IMG/VR virus record: IMGVR_UViG_3300007169_000056
DNA length: 64,000 bases
Strand: one strand, 5' to 3'
Source of the DNA: a virus
Taxonomy: Duplodnaviria > Heunggongvirae > Uroviricota > Caudoviricetes
This document shows positions 18,835 through 27,783 of this stretch, one piece after another (within the stretch, counting starts at the first letter, position 1; every line of letters starts with the position of its first letter). The translations under genes and the position numbers were made by a program. The notes under the pieces are model-generated. The model was not told where the DNA came from. It was given only the letters and a program-made list of their open reading frames with translations, and did no database searches.

Positions 18835-19335
18835 ATGAAAGATTGGAATTCGTGGTTCATGGAGGGAGTTTATTGGGTCGCAAGTAAAAGCAAAGATCCA
18901 AAAACTAAAATAGGAGCAATTATTGTCAAAGACAAACGTATTGTTTCTACTGGTTATAATGGTCTGCCAATAGGCGTAGATGACACCATACAGGCTCGCA
19001 ATGAACGACCTGACAAGTACAAGTGGTACGAACATGCAGAAAGAAATGCCATTTACGCTGCTGCAAAATTTGGAATAAGCACTGATGGTGCCACTCTTTA
19101 TACCAATGCACTTCCTTGTGCAGATTGTGCTCGAGGTATCATTCAGAGTGGCATAACCAGCGTATACGTTCATCAAAAATTCAGTGACATCTGCAATTCC
19201 ATACAACGTGAACAATGGAAAGGTCATGATGATGCCACTTTTGCCATGTTTCGTGAATCGGGTGTGAATGCTTTCGCTGTACCTCATTCGTTAGGATGTA
19301 AAGCGTTCTTCGATGGAAAGGAATATGATGTATGA
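18835..19335 (+). CDS. dCMP deaminase
   Basis: zinc motifs HAERNAI and PCADC; about 166 aa. Confidence 0.8.
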   Translation: MKDWNSWFMEGVYWVASKSKDPKTKIGAIIVKDKRIVSTGYNGLPIGVDDTIQARNERPDKYKWYEHAERNAIYAAAKFGISTDGATLYTNALPCADCARGIIQSGITSVYVHQKFSDICNSIQREQWKGHDDATFAMFRESGVNAFAVPHSLGCKAFFDGKEYDV

Positions 19336-19745
19336 AAGTTACACTAATAGGAAAAGTCAGATACAGCGAAGACAACCTTTACAAAGTTACTTATGATAAG
19401 CCCACCAAGTATATTTGTGAACACTGTCGTGAAAAGAAAGGAAAAATCTCTTTCATTGAAGTTGATAGAAAAGTAAAAAATCCAAAACCCGGAGATGGAA
19501 TTGGTTGGTGTAAGGAGTGTACATATTCTATCGACATTGGTGAAGACACTCCAAAAAAGAATTTCAAGAATGGACAAATAGTGTATTACATGGGTGGTTT
19601 TCGTGGCGAAAACAAAGTATACTGCAAGTTTCTTTATGCCACATCTGACGAATACGCTGTGGTAGAGGTTACACAAAAAGATAAAAGTACGGTAAAACTA
19701 CTTGATGTTCAGTTTGATGACCTCTTTTCTGACGAATCCACTTGA
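19332..19745 (+). CDS. hypothetical Cys-containing protein
   Basis: CEHC ... CKEC pairs. Confidence 0.4.
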   Translation: MKVTLIGKVRYSEDNLYKVTYDKPTKYICEHCREKKGKISFIEVDRKVKNPKPGDGIGWCKECTYSIDIGEDTPKKNFKNGQIVYYMGGFRGENKVYCKFLYATSDEYAVVEVTQKDKSTVKLLDVQFDDLFSDEST

Positions 19746-19804
19746 CTTTCTGGAAAACCGTGGTACGATGGTATCGTAAACTGAAACACTAATAAAAACT
19801 TAAT

Positions 19805-20440
19805 ATGAGTGCCAAACTGACTAAGACCGAAAAGATTAAAGCAGCAATTAAGAAGACCAACGCCGAGTTCAAGAAGGCAACCAAGGCGCAAAAGCGAGTC
19901 CTTATTGCTCAAGATGTTCTTGCTCAAATCAAGGCTAAGCGATATGTGGCCGCGTCGGGAATCTGGGTTCTGCCGAATTGGTCAGACAAGATTGATCGTG
20001 GCCAAATCCGGGTTACTGATTCAGTTCAGAAGCTTTTTGCCGAAAATGCCATTGATACGTGCAATGTTTGTGCTCTCGGAGGTATGTTTATGAGTTGTAC
20101 CAATCTCAACAACAACACCACCGTTAAACAGCTTACGGATGAGGCTCAGGATGGGTTGGGTGCATCGATTGACGGTGGAGAAAAGTTGTCTAATGGTCTC
20201 AATCAAATCTTCAGCAAAACGCAATTGGAGATCATTGAAACCTATTTTGAACACGGTGATGGGTGGTTTCGGAGGGATGGATACACCGGAAGGTCTAACG
20301 GGGTGGATCAAAAACACGTTGACGCGTTTTTTGAGAAGTATCCCGAGGACGATGACCGTCTCAAGGAAATCATGAAGAACATTGTTGCCAACAACGGTAC
20401 CTTTGTTCCTTCCAAGTTGAAGGTTGCTAAGAACAAGTAA
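19805..20440 (+). CDS. hypothetical protein
   Basis: ORF followed by a terminator. Confidence 0.4.
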   Translation: MSAKLTKTEKIKAAIKKTNAEFKKATKAQKRVLIAQDVLAQIKAKRYVAASGIWVLPNWSDKIDRGQIRVTDSVQKLFAENAIDTCNVCALGGMFMSCTNLNNNTTVKQLTDEAQDGLGASIDGGEKLSNGLNQIFSKTQLEIIETYFEHGDGWFRRDGYTGRSNGVDQKHVDAFFEKYPEDDDRLKEIMKNIVANNGTFVPSKLKVAKNK

Positions 20441-20449
20441 AAACCAACA

Positions 20450-20480
20450 AAACCCAGTGGACATACACTGGGTTTTGTGT
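20450..20480 (+). terminator. rho-independent terminator
   Basis: cccagtggacatacactggg hairpin followed by tttt. Confidence 0.7.
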
Positions 20481-20495
20481 TATTGTGTAAAACGA

Positions 20496-20996
20496 ATGAA
20501 CAAAATGTATCTTGTGTTGGGTGACTGGTCTGATGACGGTCATGGTAAACATGACAAAGTGTTGCTTCAAAGCAATGTCAGTGTCAACGAAATTCAAAAT
20601 GCCTATAAAAAGAGTTGTAAGTTGACAGGTGTATCGTTTAATCATAACGACGATTACACCGAAAGCAACCGCAGTTGGGAAGATCGTGGAGAATATCAGG
20701 TTTGTGTGGAATACGAGAATAACACACTTTCCGACACTGTGTTCAAGGTATTGACCAAGTTTGGTTTGACAAAAAAGCTCTTGAATTCTTTCGATACCGA
20801 GGATATGATGGGTGAAGACGGTGAAATTTGTCTATATGAGGAGTCTTACGTCAATCTGTGGATTTGGTTTGTCAAGCTTAGCTTGCCCAAAGACGCTGTG
20901 ATTGAAAAAGTCGATGTAAAAGATGAGATTCCTGTAATTAATGGATATTGGAACAAAAATCTTAATGTCCAGTTTGGTTACGGACTTTACTATTAA
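20496..20996 (+). CDS. hypothetical protein
   Basis: start moved downstream of the terminator (MNKMYLVLGDW). Confidence 0.4.
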   Translation: MNKMYLVLGDWSDDGHGKHDKVLLQSNVSVNEIQNAYKKSCKLTGVSFNHNDDYTESNRSWEDRGEYQVCVEYENNTLSDTVFKVLTKFGLTKKLLNSFDTEDMMGEDGEICLYEESYVNLWIWFVKLSLPKDAVIEKVDVKDEIPVINGYWNKNLNVQFGYGLYY

Positions 20997-21008
20997 ATAC
21001 AAACACTT

Positions 21009-21467
21009 ATGGCTAAACCTATTATTCATGCTCAGAGTTCTGCTCGTAAATTCGGAGGTAAACCCGAAGATTATGAACCTGTTCACGCCTTCATGGATTG
21101 TAGTAAGGGTGCAATCGCTGACAATCGTCATCGTACATTGACACATAACAGTTGGTTTTTGAGCAATGTACTTGAACGAGTCAAGTTTGCTAATAGTGGG
21201 CCCGAAACTGCTGATCATCGTTTTCCTACGATTATTAACAGTGACGGGCGAGCCGTAAGTGTTCGTGACATCGGTGAACAACATTGTTTGGAGGATTTTG
21301 CAAACAAATTCATTCCATCAGCCCAAGATTATTTGGCTGAAATGGAATACAAGAGTTGGATGCAAAATGGAATCGGTGATCCTCCTAGTTTTGCTAAAAT
21401 TGCAGAAAAGAGAAAAACCAAAATCAAAAACATTAACATTAACAACAAATCGGTAATGGGAGATTAA
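21009..21467 (+). CDS. hypothetical protein
   Basis: ORF only. Confidence 0.4.
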   Translation: MAKPIIHAQSSARKFGGKPEDYEPVHAFMDCSKGAIADNRHRTLTHNSWFLSNVLERVKFANSGPETADHRFPTIINSDGRAVSVRDIGEQHCLEDFANKFIPSAQDYLAEMEYKSWMQNGIGDPPSFAKIAEKRKTKIKNININNKSVMGD

Positions 21468-21471
21468 AAAT

Positions 21472-21864
21472 ATGAAGAATACTATTGCAAGAATTAATGA
21501 ACTGAATAATCAGTTGCGTGATGCCACAAAGGCACTCGAAAATGAGTTTTGGATTGAACTCAAGAACATTTTCGATAATAATCCAAAGCTTGAATCCATC
21601 AGTATGTATGTCAACAACCATGAATTCAACGATGGTGATGCAACCACGTTTTATCTTGGGTACGATGATATGACCATTACTGTCGATGATGAGGAGGTCG
21701 GCCGTGAGTGGGATTCTAAAACCAAGGAATATGTTTCCAATCCTACTCTTGACAGTTTGATTGAACTGTTTGAAAATACACAAGACATTCATGAAGACAT
21801 GTTTAGTGGCGAATATGAAAACATGACGATTGATCGGGACGATGTTCTCAATCGAAAGAACTAA
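21472..21864 (+). CDS. acidic hypothetical protein
   Basis: AGGA-like SD then ATG. Confidence 0.4.
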   Translation: MKNTIARINELNNQLRDATKALENEFWIELKNIFDNNPKLESISMYVNNHEFNDGDATTFYLGYDDMTITVDDEEVGREWDSKTKEYVSNPTLDSLIELFENTQDIHEDMFSGEYENMTIDRDDVLNRKN

Positions 21865-21868
21865 CAAT

Positions 21869-22291
21869 ATGACAAAGAGTAAAATTAAAAAGGCTCTAAC
21901 TGATATCAATAATTCGCACCGTGAGGCTGTTGTTCAACTGATTCTTGCGGTAGGAAACGAAGTCATCAGCAAGAACCCGGAAATCAAAACTATTGCTTTC
22001 GGTGCATCATACGAGTATAATGATGAAGGATATGAATACTACTATCGTATCTCTGCTGATGATATTGAAATCAACGGATACAATATGTGGCAATTGGATG
22101 ATGAGGATGATGATTTTTGCAAGAAGAACGTGAACATTGATTCACTTGATAAGTTTTCTGAACTTGTTGAATCTATTGAGGAAACATTTTCTCCATTTGA
22201 AGGCGAAATTCATGGTGTTTTTGGCAAAAACTTTAAACTTGTGATTTCCAAAAACGCTGTTAAGATCGAAGAAGATGCGTATGACTACTAA
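21869..22291 (+). CDS. acidic hypothetical protein
   Basis: start trimmed to MTKSKIKK. Confidence 0.4.
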   Translation: MTKSKIKKALTDINNSHREAVVQLILAVGNEVISKNPEIKTIAFGASYEYNDEGYEYYYRISADDIEINGYNMWQLDDEDDDFCKKNVNIDSLDKFSELVESIEETFSPFEGEIHGVFGKNFKLVISKNAVKIEEDAYDY

Positions 22292-22517
22292 ATCAAAAAA
22301 GGAAAAGTTTGGATGGCGATGTGGGTATGAGAAAATCTACGGAGGTTTTCATGCCGACAACGAACGGTGTACCAGTGCTTGTCGTAAAAAATACGATAGT
22401 CTGGATGATGCAATTCGTGCTGCTCTACAACATAAAACCCATCGTAGTTCTGTGTACGTCTATTCAACCAAGACTGGTTACATTGGACTCGCCGAAGGAC
22501 TTAACTTTAACAAGTAA
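22275..22517 (+). CDS. small hypothetical protein
   Basis: ORF only. Confidence 0.3.
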   Translation: MRMTTKSKKEKFGWRCGYEKIYGGFHADNERCTSACRKKYDSLDDAIRAALQHKTHRSSVYVYSTKTGYIGLAEGLNFNK

Positions 22518-22523
22518 ACAAAC

Positions 22524-22907
22524 ATGAGTAAATATCGCAAAGCCACATTGGAGGAACTTTCTGCTATTGGATATGTTCCCAACAAAACCAAGTACGAAAA
22601 GCATATTGCTTTCGCACAAAAGTATTATCCTTCTAACGCTGCAACAATGGTTATTTCCATTCACAGCGAGTACAATGATAATACATATGACAACTCAACG
22701 AGATACGTAATTGTTCTTGATAAGGATGGAAATGAACTTCCACCTCTCAAGGCGACTGCCAAAAAGTGTCGTGATGAGTGGTATAGTCTTCCTATTCCCG
22801 GCACACGCAGCGGTGGATATTCTACGTTTGAAACCGATGAACATATGGATGATGTTGTAATTCCTTTGAATGCAACCATTCCTGAATTTTACGTAAAAGA
22901 AGATTAA
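22524..22907 (+). CDS. hypothetical protein
   Basis: ORF only. Confidence 0.4.
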   Translation: MSKYRKATLEELSAIGYVPNKTKYEKHIAFAQKYYPSNAATMVISIHSEYNDNTYDNSTRYVIVLDKDGNELPPLKATAKKCRDEWYSLPIPGTRSGGYSTFETDEHMDDVVIPLNATIPEFYVKED

Positions 22908-22910
22908 ACT

Positions 22911-23153
22911 ATGAAAAACAGAACTATTATTTGGTATGTTGTCAAGTATGTTTCTCTGATCGTAGCGACTATTGGCATTTGGCAATGGTCTGGTGTGTTG
23001 ATAACTGCCAAAAGCGATATTCAAAATCTGATTGGAGTTGCCCTTTGTACTGGACTTTTTCTTGGAGTTGTCCTAACATTTAGGAGTGACGTGATCAAGG
23101 TGATCAAAGCGTTTAACGAGTCGAAAACTAAGAAAAATGATGAAAATGAATAA
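22911..23153 (+). CDS. small membrane protein
   Basis: two hydrophobic helices. Confidence 0.35.
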   Translation: MKNRTIIWYVVKYVSLIVATIGIWQWSGVLITAKSDIQNLIGVALCTGLFLGVVLTFRSDVIKVIKAFNESKTKKNDENE

Positions 23154-24048
23154 AAAGTTGATTAGTCTGTTGGTCGGTATTATTGCAATTTTTGCTCTTA
23201 CCGGATGTGATCGAGTCGAACCGGGATACGTTGGTATCAAGGTAAATCAGTGGGGTAGTCAGAAGGGTGTCAATGACTTTCCTTTGGTTACCGGTGGTGT
23301 TTTCTACAATCCCATTACAGAAGACATCTATAAGTTTCCCACGTTCATGCAGAATGCTGTTTGGACTAAGGAACCCTCCCGAGAGAGTCCCGGTGATGAT
23401 AGTGTTACCTTCAACAGCATTGAGGGTGCAGTAGTGAATGCTGATATTGCTCTCGCATACACCTTTGTGGCAGACAAAGTTCCTCAAATTTTTGTTGAAT
23501 TTCGTCAGAGTCCCGAAGTAATCACTCATGGATTTATGAGGAACGAGATCAATAACGCATTCAATCGTGTCGCTTCCACCATGAAGGCAAGTGACATCTT
23601 TGGCGAGAGGAAACAATATCTTCTTGATAGTGTTCGAAGCAATTTGAACAGTCAATTGGGACCGAAAGGATTCAAATTTGAATTGATTAGTTTTCATGGT
23701 GGTCTACGTGTAGATCAAAGTGTTCAGTCCCGAATCAATGCTGTTCTTGAGGCAAGTCAGAGGGCAATTGAGGCTGAGACCAAGGTGAAGCAGTCTAAGG
23801 CTGAAGCTGATCAGGCAATTGAGAAGGCTCGTGGTGAAAAGGAGAGTAACATTGCTAAGGCCGAAGGTGAGGCAAAGAGTATCGCCTTGAAAGCTGAAGC
23901 TCAGGCAAAGGCTAACCTTGTGTTGGCTCAGTCTTTGACCCCGACGTTGGTACAGTACGAGGCACTACAACGATGGGATGGTAAGTTGCCTGTTTACAAT
24001 GGTGGTGGAGTTGTGCCATTCATGAATCTGTCGGTGACAAACCGATAA
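23137..24048 (+). CDS. SPFH / band-7 (prohibitin, HflKC-like) lipoprotein
   Basis: lipobox LTGCD after a signal peptide; SPFH core and C-terminal Ala/Glu/Lys coiled coil. Confidence 0.7.
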   Translation: MMKMNKKLISLLVGIIAIFALTGCDRVEPGYVGIKVNQWGSQKGVNDFPLVTGGVFYNPITEDIYKFPTFMQNAVWTKEPSRESPGDDSVTFNSIEGAVVNADIALAYTFVADKVPQIFVEFRQSPEVITHGFMRNEINNAFNRVASTMKASDIFGERKQYLLDSVRSNLNSQLGPKGFKFELISFHGGLRVDQSVQSRINAVLEASQRAIEAETKVKQSKAEADQAIEKARGEKESNIAKAEGEAKSIALKAEAQAKANLVLAQSLTPTLVQYEALQRWDGKLPVYNGGGVVPFMNLSVTNR

Positions 24049-24067
24049 CAAAGCCAAGGAAGGTGAA

Positions 24068-24097
24068 GCCCACCGGAGAAATCCGGTGGGTTTTTTC
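24068..24097 (+). terminator. rho-independent terminator
   Basis: cccaccggagaaatccggtggg hairpin followed by tttttt. Confidence 0.85.
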
Positions 24098-24146
24098 ATG
24101 CGTAAATTAAATTGATCAACTGACAAATACGTGATACATATCTTTT

Positions 24147-24680
24147 ATGAGAATCAATTTTTTGGCAGGCCCCGGTGCGGGCAAAAGCACCACAGCAGCA
24201 TGGTTGTTCAGTGAAATGAAAACCAAACATTATTCGGTTGAACTAATAACCGAATACGTCAAAAGCTGGGCGACCCAACAACGTAAAGTTGCACCTTTTG
24301 ATCAGGTATATTTGTTTGGAAAACAAATGCAGTACGAGTATCGGTTTTTGAACGCCGGGATCAAAAACATTGTCACAGACAGTCCTCTTGTGTTGTCGTG
24401 TATATACTCGGATGTATATTATCCCAAATTGAAAATTGGAGAAAAACTTTGGCCGGTATTAAATGAATACGACCGAATGTATCCGTGTGTTAATATCTAC
24501 TTGGAACGTAAGGACAAACGTTACAACCAAGAAGGTCGATATCAATCATACGAAGAAGCAAAAAAGATTGATCAGGTGGTAAAAGACTTTATAAATCAAC
24601 ACTATCAACATGTATATTATGTTGACTATTCAGATAGAAAAGCCATATTGGATATCGTTTCAAACTGCGCCTCGTTATGA
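24147..24680 (+). CDS. P-loop NTPase of the AAA_28 / NadR-kinase-like family (possible nucleoside or nucleotide kinase)
   Basis: Walker A INFLAGPGAGKSTTA at the extreme N-terminus; 177 aa. Confidence 0.45.
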   Translation: MRINFLAGPGAGKSTTAAWLFSEMKTKHYSVELITEYVKSWATQQRKVAPFDQVYLFGKQMQYEYRFLNAGIKNIVTDSPLVLSCIYSDVYYPKLKIGEKLWPVLNEYDRMYPCVNIYLERKDKRYNQEGRYQSYEEAKKIDQVVKDFINQHYQHVYYVDYSDRKAILDIVSNCASL

Positions 24681-24886
24681 AAAAACTAAGAACGTTAATG
24701 TTAACACAATTGGAACATAAACCAAACGGACCATTTATTACTGGAGAAGACATGGTATCTTTTCTAACCGGAAAAGAAATACCACAGGGATCAACAGCAT
24801 ATCTCCTTGAAGGTCATATTTGCAGAAATGAAAAAGAAGCAATAGAACTGTATAACCAGTTACATAGGGATGATATATTGGATTAA
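24677..24886 (+). CDS. small hypothetical protein
   Basis: ORF overlapping the upstream stop. Confidence 0.3.
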   Translation: MKKLRTLMLTQLEHKPNGPFITGEDMVSFLTGKEIPQGSTAYLLEGHICRNEKEAIELYNQLHRDDILD

Positions 24887-24904
24887 AAAAGTCCAAAAAA
24901 CCTA

Positions 24905-24932
24905 TTGACTTTTCAAAAAACTCTGGTACATT
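24905..24932 (+). promoter_or_regulatory. sigma70-like promoter (TTGACT, 16 nt, TACATT) placed for a leaderless ligase mRNA
   Basis: -10 ends 6 nt before the ATG at 24939. Confidence 0.45.
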
Positions 24933-24938
24933 CTTATC

Positions 24939-26087
24939 ATGATCAAGACCTATTCTACGCTCTACACCAAGGATTCACTCGGAAACATTCGTGTCTGGTA
25001 CATGGAACAGAACGGTAGCAAGTATCGTACTGTCGCTGGACTCACCGATGGTGAAAAGGTGACTTCCGAGTGGAGTCATGCTGAAGCCAAGAATGTTGGG
25101 CGGTCAAATGAGACCACCGCAATCGAACAGGCAACGGCTGAAATCGAAGCCAAGTACAAGAAACAGTTGAAGACTGGATACCACAAAAGTGTCAAGGACG
25201 TTGACGTTTCTACGTATGTGGAACCTATGTTGGCACAACCTCTTAACAAGCTCACCAAGCAACCGGACTTTGCCAAGGATAAGTGGGCAATGCAGTGTAA
25301 ATTCAATGGCAATCGTTGTATTGCTACCAAGGACGGGTTGTTTACCAGAAAGGGTGAGAAGTATGTCAGTGTACCGCACGTTGAGAACGCTCTCAAACCT
25401 TTCTTCAAGGAATATCCCAATGCAGTTCTCGACGGTGAGCTGTTCAATAATGATCTTCGTCAACAGCTGAACGAAATCAGCAAGTTGATTCGTAAGACGA
25501 AAAATATTGATCCTTCCGATTTGGCAGAAAGTGAGAAGAAGGTCAAGTTTTATATCTATGACGGTTACAATTTCCGTGGCAAATCGGATATTTTGGACGA
25601 GGAAGCTCCATACTCTGAACGCAAGAATTGGATCGACAAGGTTGTGATTCCTCTTTCCAAGTATTTTGTTGAAGTCGAAACCACGATTGTCAAGTCGAAT
25701 GACCACATGAACCAGTTGTTTCAGGATCTTCTCAATGACCAACAGGAGGGTGGCATTCTTCGTAAAATGGATGCTCCTTATGAGCACAAGCGTTCCAAGA
25801 ATCTTGTGAAGGTCAAGAGTGAAGATGATGACGAGGGTACGATTCTTGACATCACAGATGGTGATGGTAACTGGAAGGGTGCTGCTACCAATGTGACTCT
25901 CAAGTGGAAGAACGTTACATTTGATGCTGTGTTTAAGGGTAGTTATGAGAAGCGTGCTCAAATCTTGAAGGAAAAGAACAAGTGGATCGGCAAGGAGGTT
26001 ACGTTCCTTTATATGGGACTTACCGGACTTGGAACACCGAATTATGGACGTGTCGATCCTGATAATTGTTTCAAGAGTGATCGATAA
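24939..26087 (+). CDS. ATP-dependent DNA ligase
   Basis: motif I KFNGNR (KxNG variant), LDGELF, EGGILRK, NLVKVK nucleotidyltransferase motifs. Confidence 0.7.
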   Translation: MIKTYSTLYTKDSLGNIRVWYMEQNGSKYRTVAGLTDGEKVTSEWSHAEAKNVGRSNETTAIEQATAEIEAKYKKQLKTGYHKSVKDVDVSTYVEPMLAQPLNKLTKQPDFAKDKWAMQCKFNGNRCIATKDGLFTRKGEKYVSVPHVENALKPFFKEYPNAVLDGELFNNDLRQQLNEISKLIRKTKNIDPSDLAESEKKVKFYIYDGYNFRGKSDILDEEAPYSERKNWIDKVVIPLSKYFVEVETTIVKSNDHMNQLFQDLLNDQQEGGILRKMDAPYEHKRSKNLVKVKSEDDDEGTILDITDGDGNWKGAATNVTLKWKNVTFDAVFKGSYEKRAQILKEKNKWIGKEVTFLYMGLTGLGTPNYGRVDPDNCFKSDR

Positions 26088-26089
26088 GT

Positions 26090-26368
26090 ATGAATGCATA
26101 CGAATTATGGAAAAACACCGAAGGTCTTAGTGAAAAAGATCGACTTCGCAAGTTATACGAACATCAGATCGTAAAATACGAAGGCGAAGTCAAAGGTTTA
26201 CAAATCATGATTCGACGTGAAGAGTTAAGTGAACACCACTGGTTAACCAAACGTGATAATATTGATGGATTCAAAAAGGCATTGCATAAAGCCAGATATA
26301 ACTTGACGAGAACCAAGACTCTATTGGCTAATCTTGACAAGCCTCCAATCATAGATTATAGTATCTAG
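26090..26368 (+). CDS. small hypothetical protein
   Basis: ORF only. Confidence 0.35.
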   Translation: MNAYELWKNTEGLSEKDRLRKLYEHQIVKYEGEVKGLQIMIRREELSEHHWLTKRDNIDGFKKALHKARYNLTRTKTLLANLDKPPIIDYSI

Positions 26369-26369
26369 T

Positions 26370-26798
26370 ATGAAACTTCTACAGTGGGTAAAAGAAATTC
26401 GAAGCAAAACAGGTCGATTGCATTTCAAACGATTTGCCATCATTGAAACCAAGAATTTTGCTTTGTATATCCATAGAATCTATGAACATGATCGTGATAT
26501 ACATCTTCACAGTCATCCGTGGAACTTCAAGACGGTTGTCTTGAGTGGATGTTATATTGAACAATATCTTGGAAAAGATTTGTTCTGTGAACCACAGGAG
26601 TTCACCCGCGTTCGACGACCTTTTTCATACGCGAGTGGCGATAGAAACTATTACCACAAAATACTTGAAATTACAAACGGACCAGTGACTACATTGTTTT
26701 TCACGTTTGGTCGCCACCAACCTTGGCATTACAGTGTTGGTGATACACAAATTGAAAGTGAAGAGTATCGCAGACTAAAACACGAAGGAAAACTATGA
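26370..26798 (+). CDS. hypothetical protein
   Basis: ORF only. Confidence 0.4.
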   Translation: MKLLQWVKEIRSKTGRLHFKRFAIIETKNFALYIHRIYEHDRDIHLHSHPWNFKTVVLSGCYIEQYLGKDLFCEPQEFTRVRRPFSYASGDRNYYHKILEITNGPVTTLFFTFGRHQPWHYSVGDTQIESEEYRRLKHEGKL

Positions 26799-26920
26799 AA
26801 GAATTTTTTACATTTGCAGGGCACACCCCGTTTTAACTTTTTTCTTGGTACTGATCATATCACAACTAATTTACGTTTGTGTTGACAGTATCAGTTCAAT
26901 TTTCAGAAATAGGAATTAGT

Positions 26921-27451
26921 ATGCAGGTCAAGTATAAAAACGTACATGATTTTTTACAAACTCTTGATGTTGAAGACATTAAGGATTATTGTAAACGTCA
27001 TACTATTCCACATGCATTGGCAATGATGCATGTTGATGGAGATTTCAACCTTGGAACTGTTGTGCGTAATGCCAATTTCTTTGGTTTTGAACGTGTTTAT
27101 TACATTGGTGGAGGCAAACAGTACGACCGTCGTCCAACGGTGGGAACGCATTTGTATACACCTATGGAATACTACAAGACGGTTGACGAGTTTTTTACTG
27201 CTATTGAAGGAAAATATAGTCCTGTGGCGGTAGAAAACAATATCAACTATACGTGTCACAACTATCATGACTATCAGTATCCAGATCGTACTGTGTTGAT
27301 CTTTGGAGAAGAACAGTTTGGATTAAGTGATAGTATGTTGACTAGATGTATGGGAATTGTTACTATTCCGTCAGCTGGAAGTGTACGAAGTCTTAATGTG
27401 GGAACAGCAAGTGGCATTTTGTGTGCTCACATGAGAACATTATCTAGTTGA
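26921..27451 (+). CDS. SpoU/TrmH-family RNA 2-prime-O-methyltransferase
   Basis: LGTVVRNANFFG, LIFGEEQFGL and IPSAGSVRSLNVGTASGI SPOUT motifs; AGGA SD before ATG. Confidence 0.65.
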   Translation: MQVKYKNVHDFLQTLDVEDIKDYCKRHTIPHALAMMHVDGDFNLGTVVRNANFFGFERVYYIGGGKQYDRRPTVGTHLYTPMEYYKTVDEFFTAIEGKYSPVAVENNINYTCHNYHDYQYPDRTVLIFGEEQFGLSDSMLTRCMGIVTIPSAGSVRSLNVGTASGILCAHMRTLSS

Positions 27452-27483
27452 TGGATGCATTCAATAATATTGTTATAATGATA

Positions 27484-27514
27484 GGCGTATTACTTTTGTT
27501 TTACGCCTTTTTTA
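27484..27514 (+). terminator. rho-independent terminator
   Basis: ggcgtattacttttgttttacgcc hairpin followed by tttttt. Confidence 0.7.
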
Positions 27515-27536
27515 TATTAATGGGGGATAGAGATTA

Positions 27537-27734
27537 ATGATTACAAATAAGTTTTTTCTTGTTTTAGCACGAACAATAGACCATCGTGTAGGTCAAACAG
27601 ACGAATGTAAACCTGACATTCCTGTATTGCCTGTAAAATACGCACTTATTTCATTTTTCATACGATTTGTTATAGTTATGGTAAATTTCATTACATGTGC
27701 GTTTATCATAGCAAATATAGTGCATCATTGGTGA
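27537..27734 (+). CDS. small membrane protein
   Basis: hydrophobic 65-aa ORF. Confidence 0.3.
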   Translation: MITNKFFLVLARTIDHRVGQTDECKPDIPVLPVKYALISFFIRFVIVMVNFITCAFIIANIVHHW

Positions 27735-27783
27735 TACGTTATAATGGTTTACGTTATGTATGTGACACATAGAAATTTACACG

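Noticed and set aside
25104-26099. 331-aa minus-strand ORF opposite the DNA ligase
   Set aside because: Antisense shadow of a well-supported gene. L/I/K low-complexity translation.
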